Origin: an uncultured Alphaproteobacteria bacterium
Lineage (GTDB): Bacteria > Pseudomonadota > Alphaproteobacteria > RF32 > CAG-239
Assembly (NCBI GenBank): GCA_944393225.1
Contig: CALXZK010000009.1
Location: 2,104-66,103, forward strand
Length of the DNA: 64,000 bases
Reading direction: 5' to 3'
Made by a program: the position numbers and the translations under genes. Shown here piece by piece: positions 63,927-64,000 of this stretch. Numbering within the stretch: the first letter of the stretch is position 1; each line of letters starts with the position of its first letter. Under the pieces are notes generated by a model. It had not been told where the DNA came from, did no database searches, and was given only the letters and a program-made list of their open reading frames with translations.

Positions 63927-64000
63927 TCAGTTTATTTCAACTTTTGCACATTTATTGTTGCCGATATGGTGTCTTTGCCATGCGGAGCAAGCTTGACACA

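Overview
This is a 64-kb window from an AT-rich bacterial chromosome. The gene content looks Gram-negative and possibly alphaproteobacterial (rodZ-ispG, ptsP/EI-Ntr, prfA, dnaE), but that taxonomic guess is weak. The window has three parts.

(1) Positions ~300-17,450 are a visibly more AT-rich accessory island directly downstream of tRNA-Leu(UAA). A 16-nt direct repeat (307-322 and 16776-16791) appears to bound it. The island carries:
- a tightly packed WYL-regulator / 90-aa / PD-(D/E)XK-nuclease / 86-aa operon, which is my best candidate for an undescribed defence system;
- an HNH endonuclease plus XRE regulator pair;
- a complete type II-C CRISPR-Cas9 system with non-canonical layout: cas1 is on the opposite strand across the array from cas9-cas2. 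It has 13 repeats and 12 spacers, a clear tracrRNA, and promoter-like elements inside every repeat;
- an inverted-repeat-flanked AT-rich module upstream of cas1;
- a FimB/E-sized tyrosine recombinase;
- mobile-element debris (a DUF3768-like gene and a 5'-truncated DUF3631-like pseudogene). A serine recombinase lacking its nucleophile lies 56 nt outside the right repeat copy.

(2) Positions 17.5-23 kb are an AT-rich glycan cluster (glf, pyruvyl transferase, GT2, DUF4422-like, GT10-like).

(3) Positions 23.8-64 kb are core genes: CPA2 antiporter, LysR, flavin reductase, pepF, a GlmU uridyltransferase-only gene, dnaE, prfA, ispG, rodZ, ptsP, sdaA, serS, trpS and tRNA-Thr. Several oddities are interspersed among them:
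- an 811-aa ORFan;
- a degenerate half DEAD-box protein;
- a Memo-AMMECR1 fusion;
- an extreme Glu/Arg-repeat protein;
- a 20-nt duplication of the tRNA-Thr 3' end around a 206-nt GC-rich insert;
- a frameshifted lipoprotein gene.

All family assignments come from motif recognition by eye and need HMM or structure confirmation.
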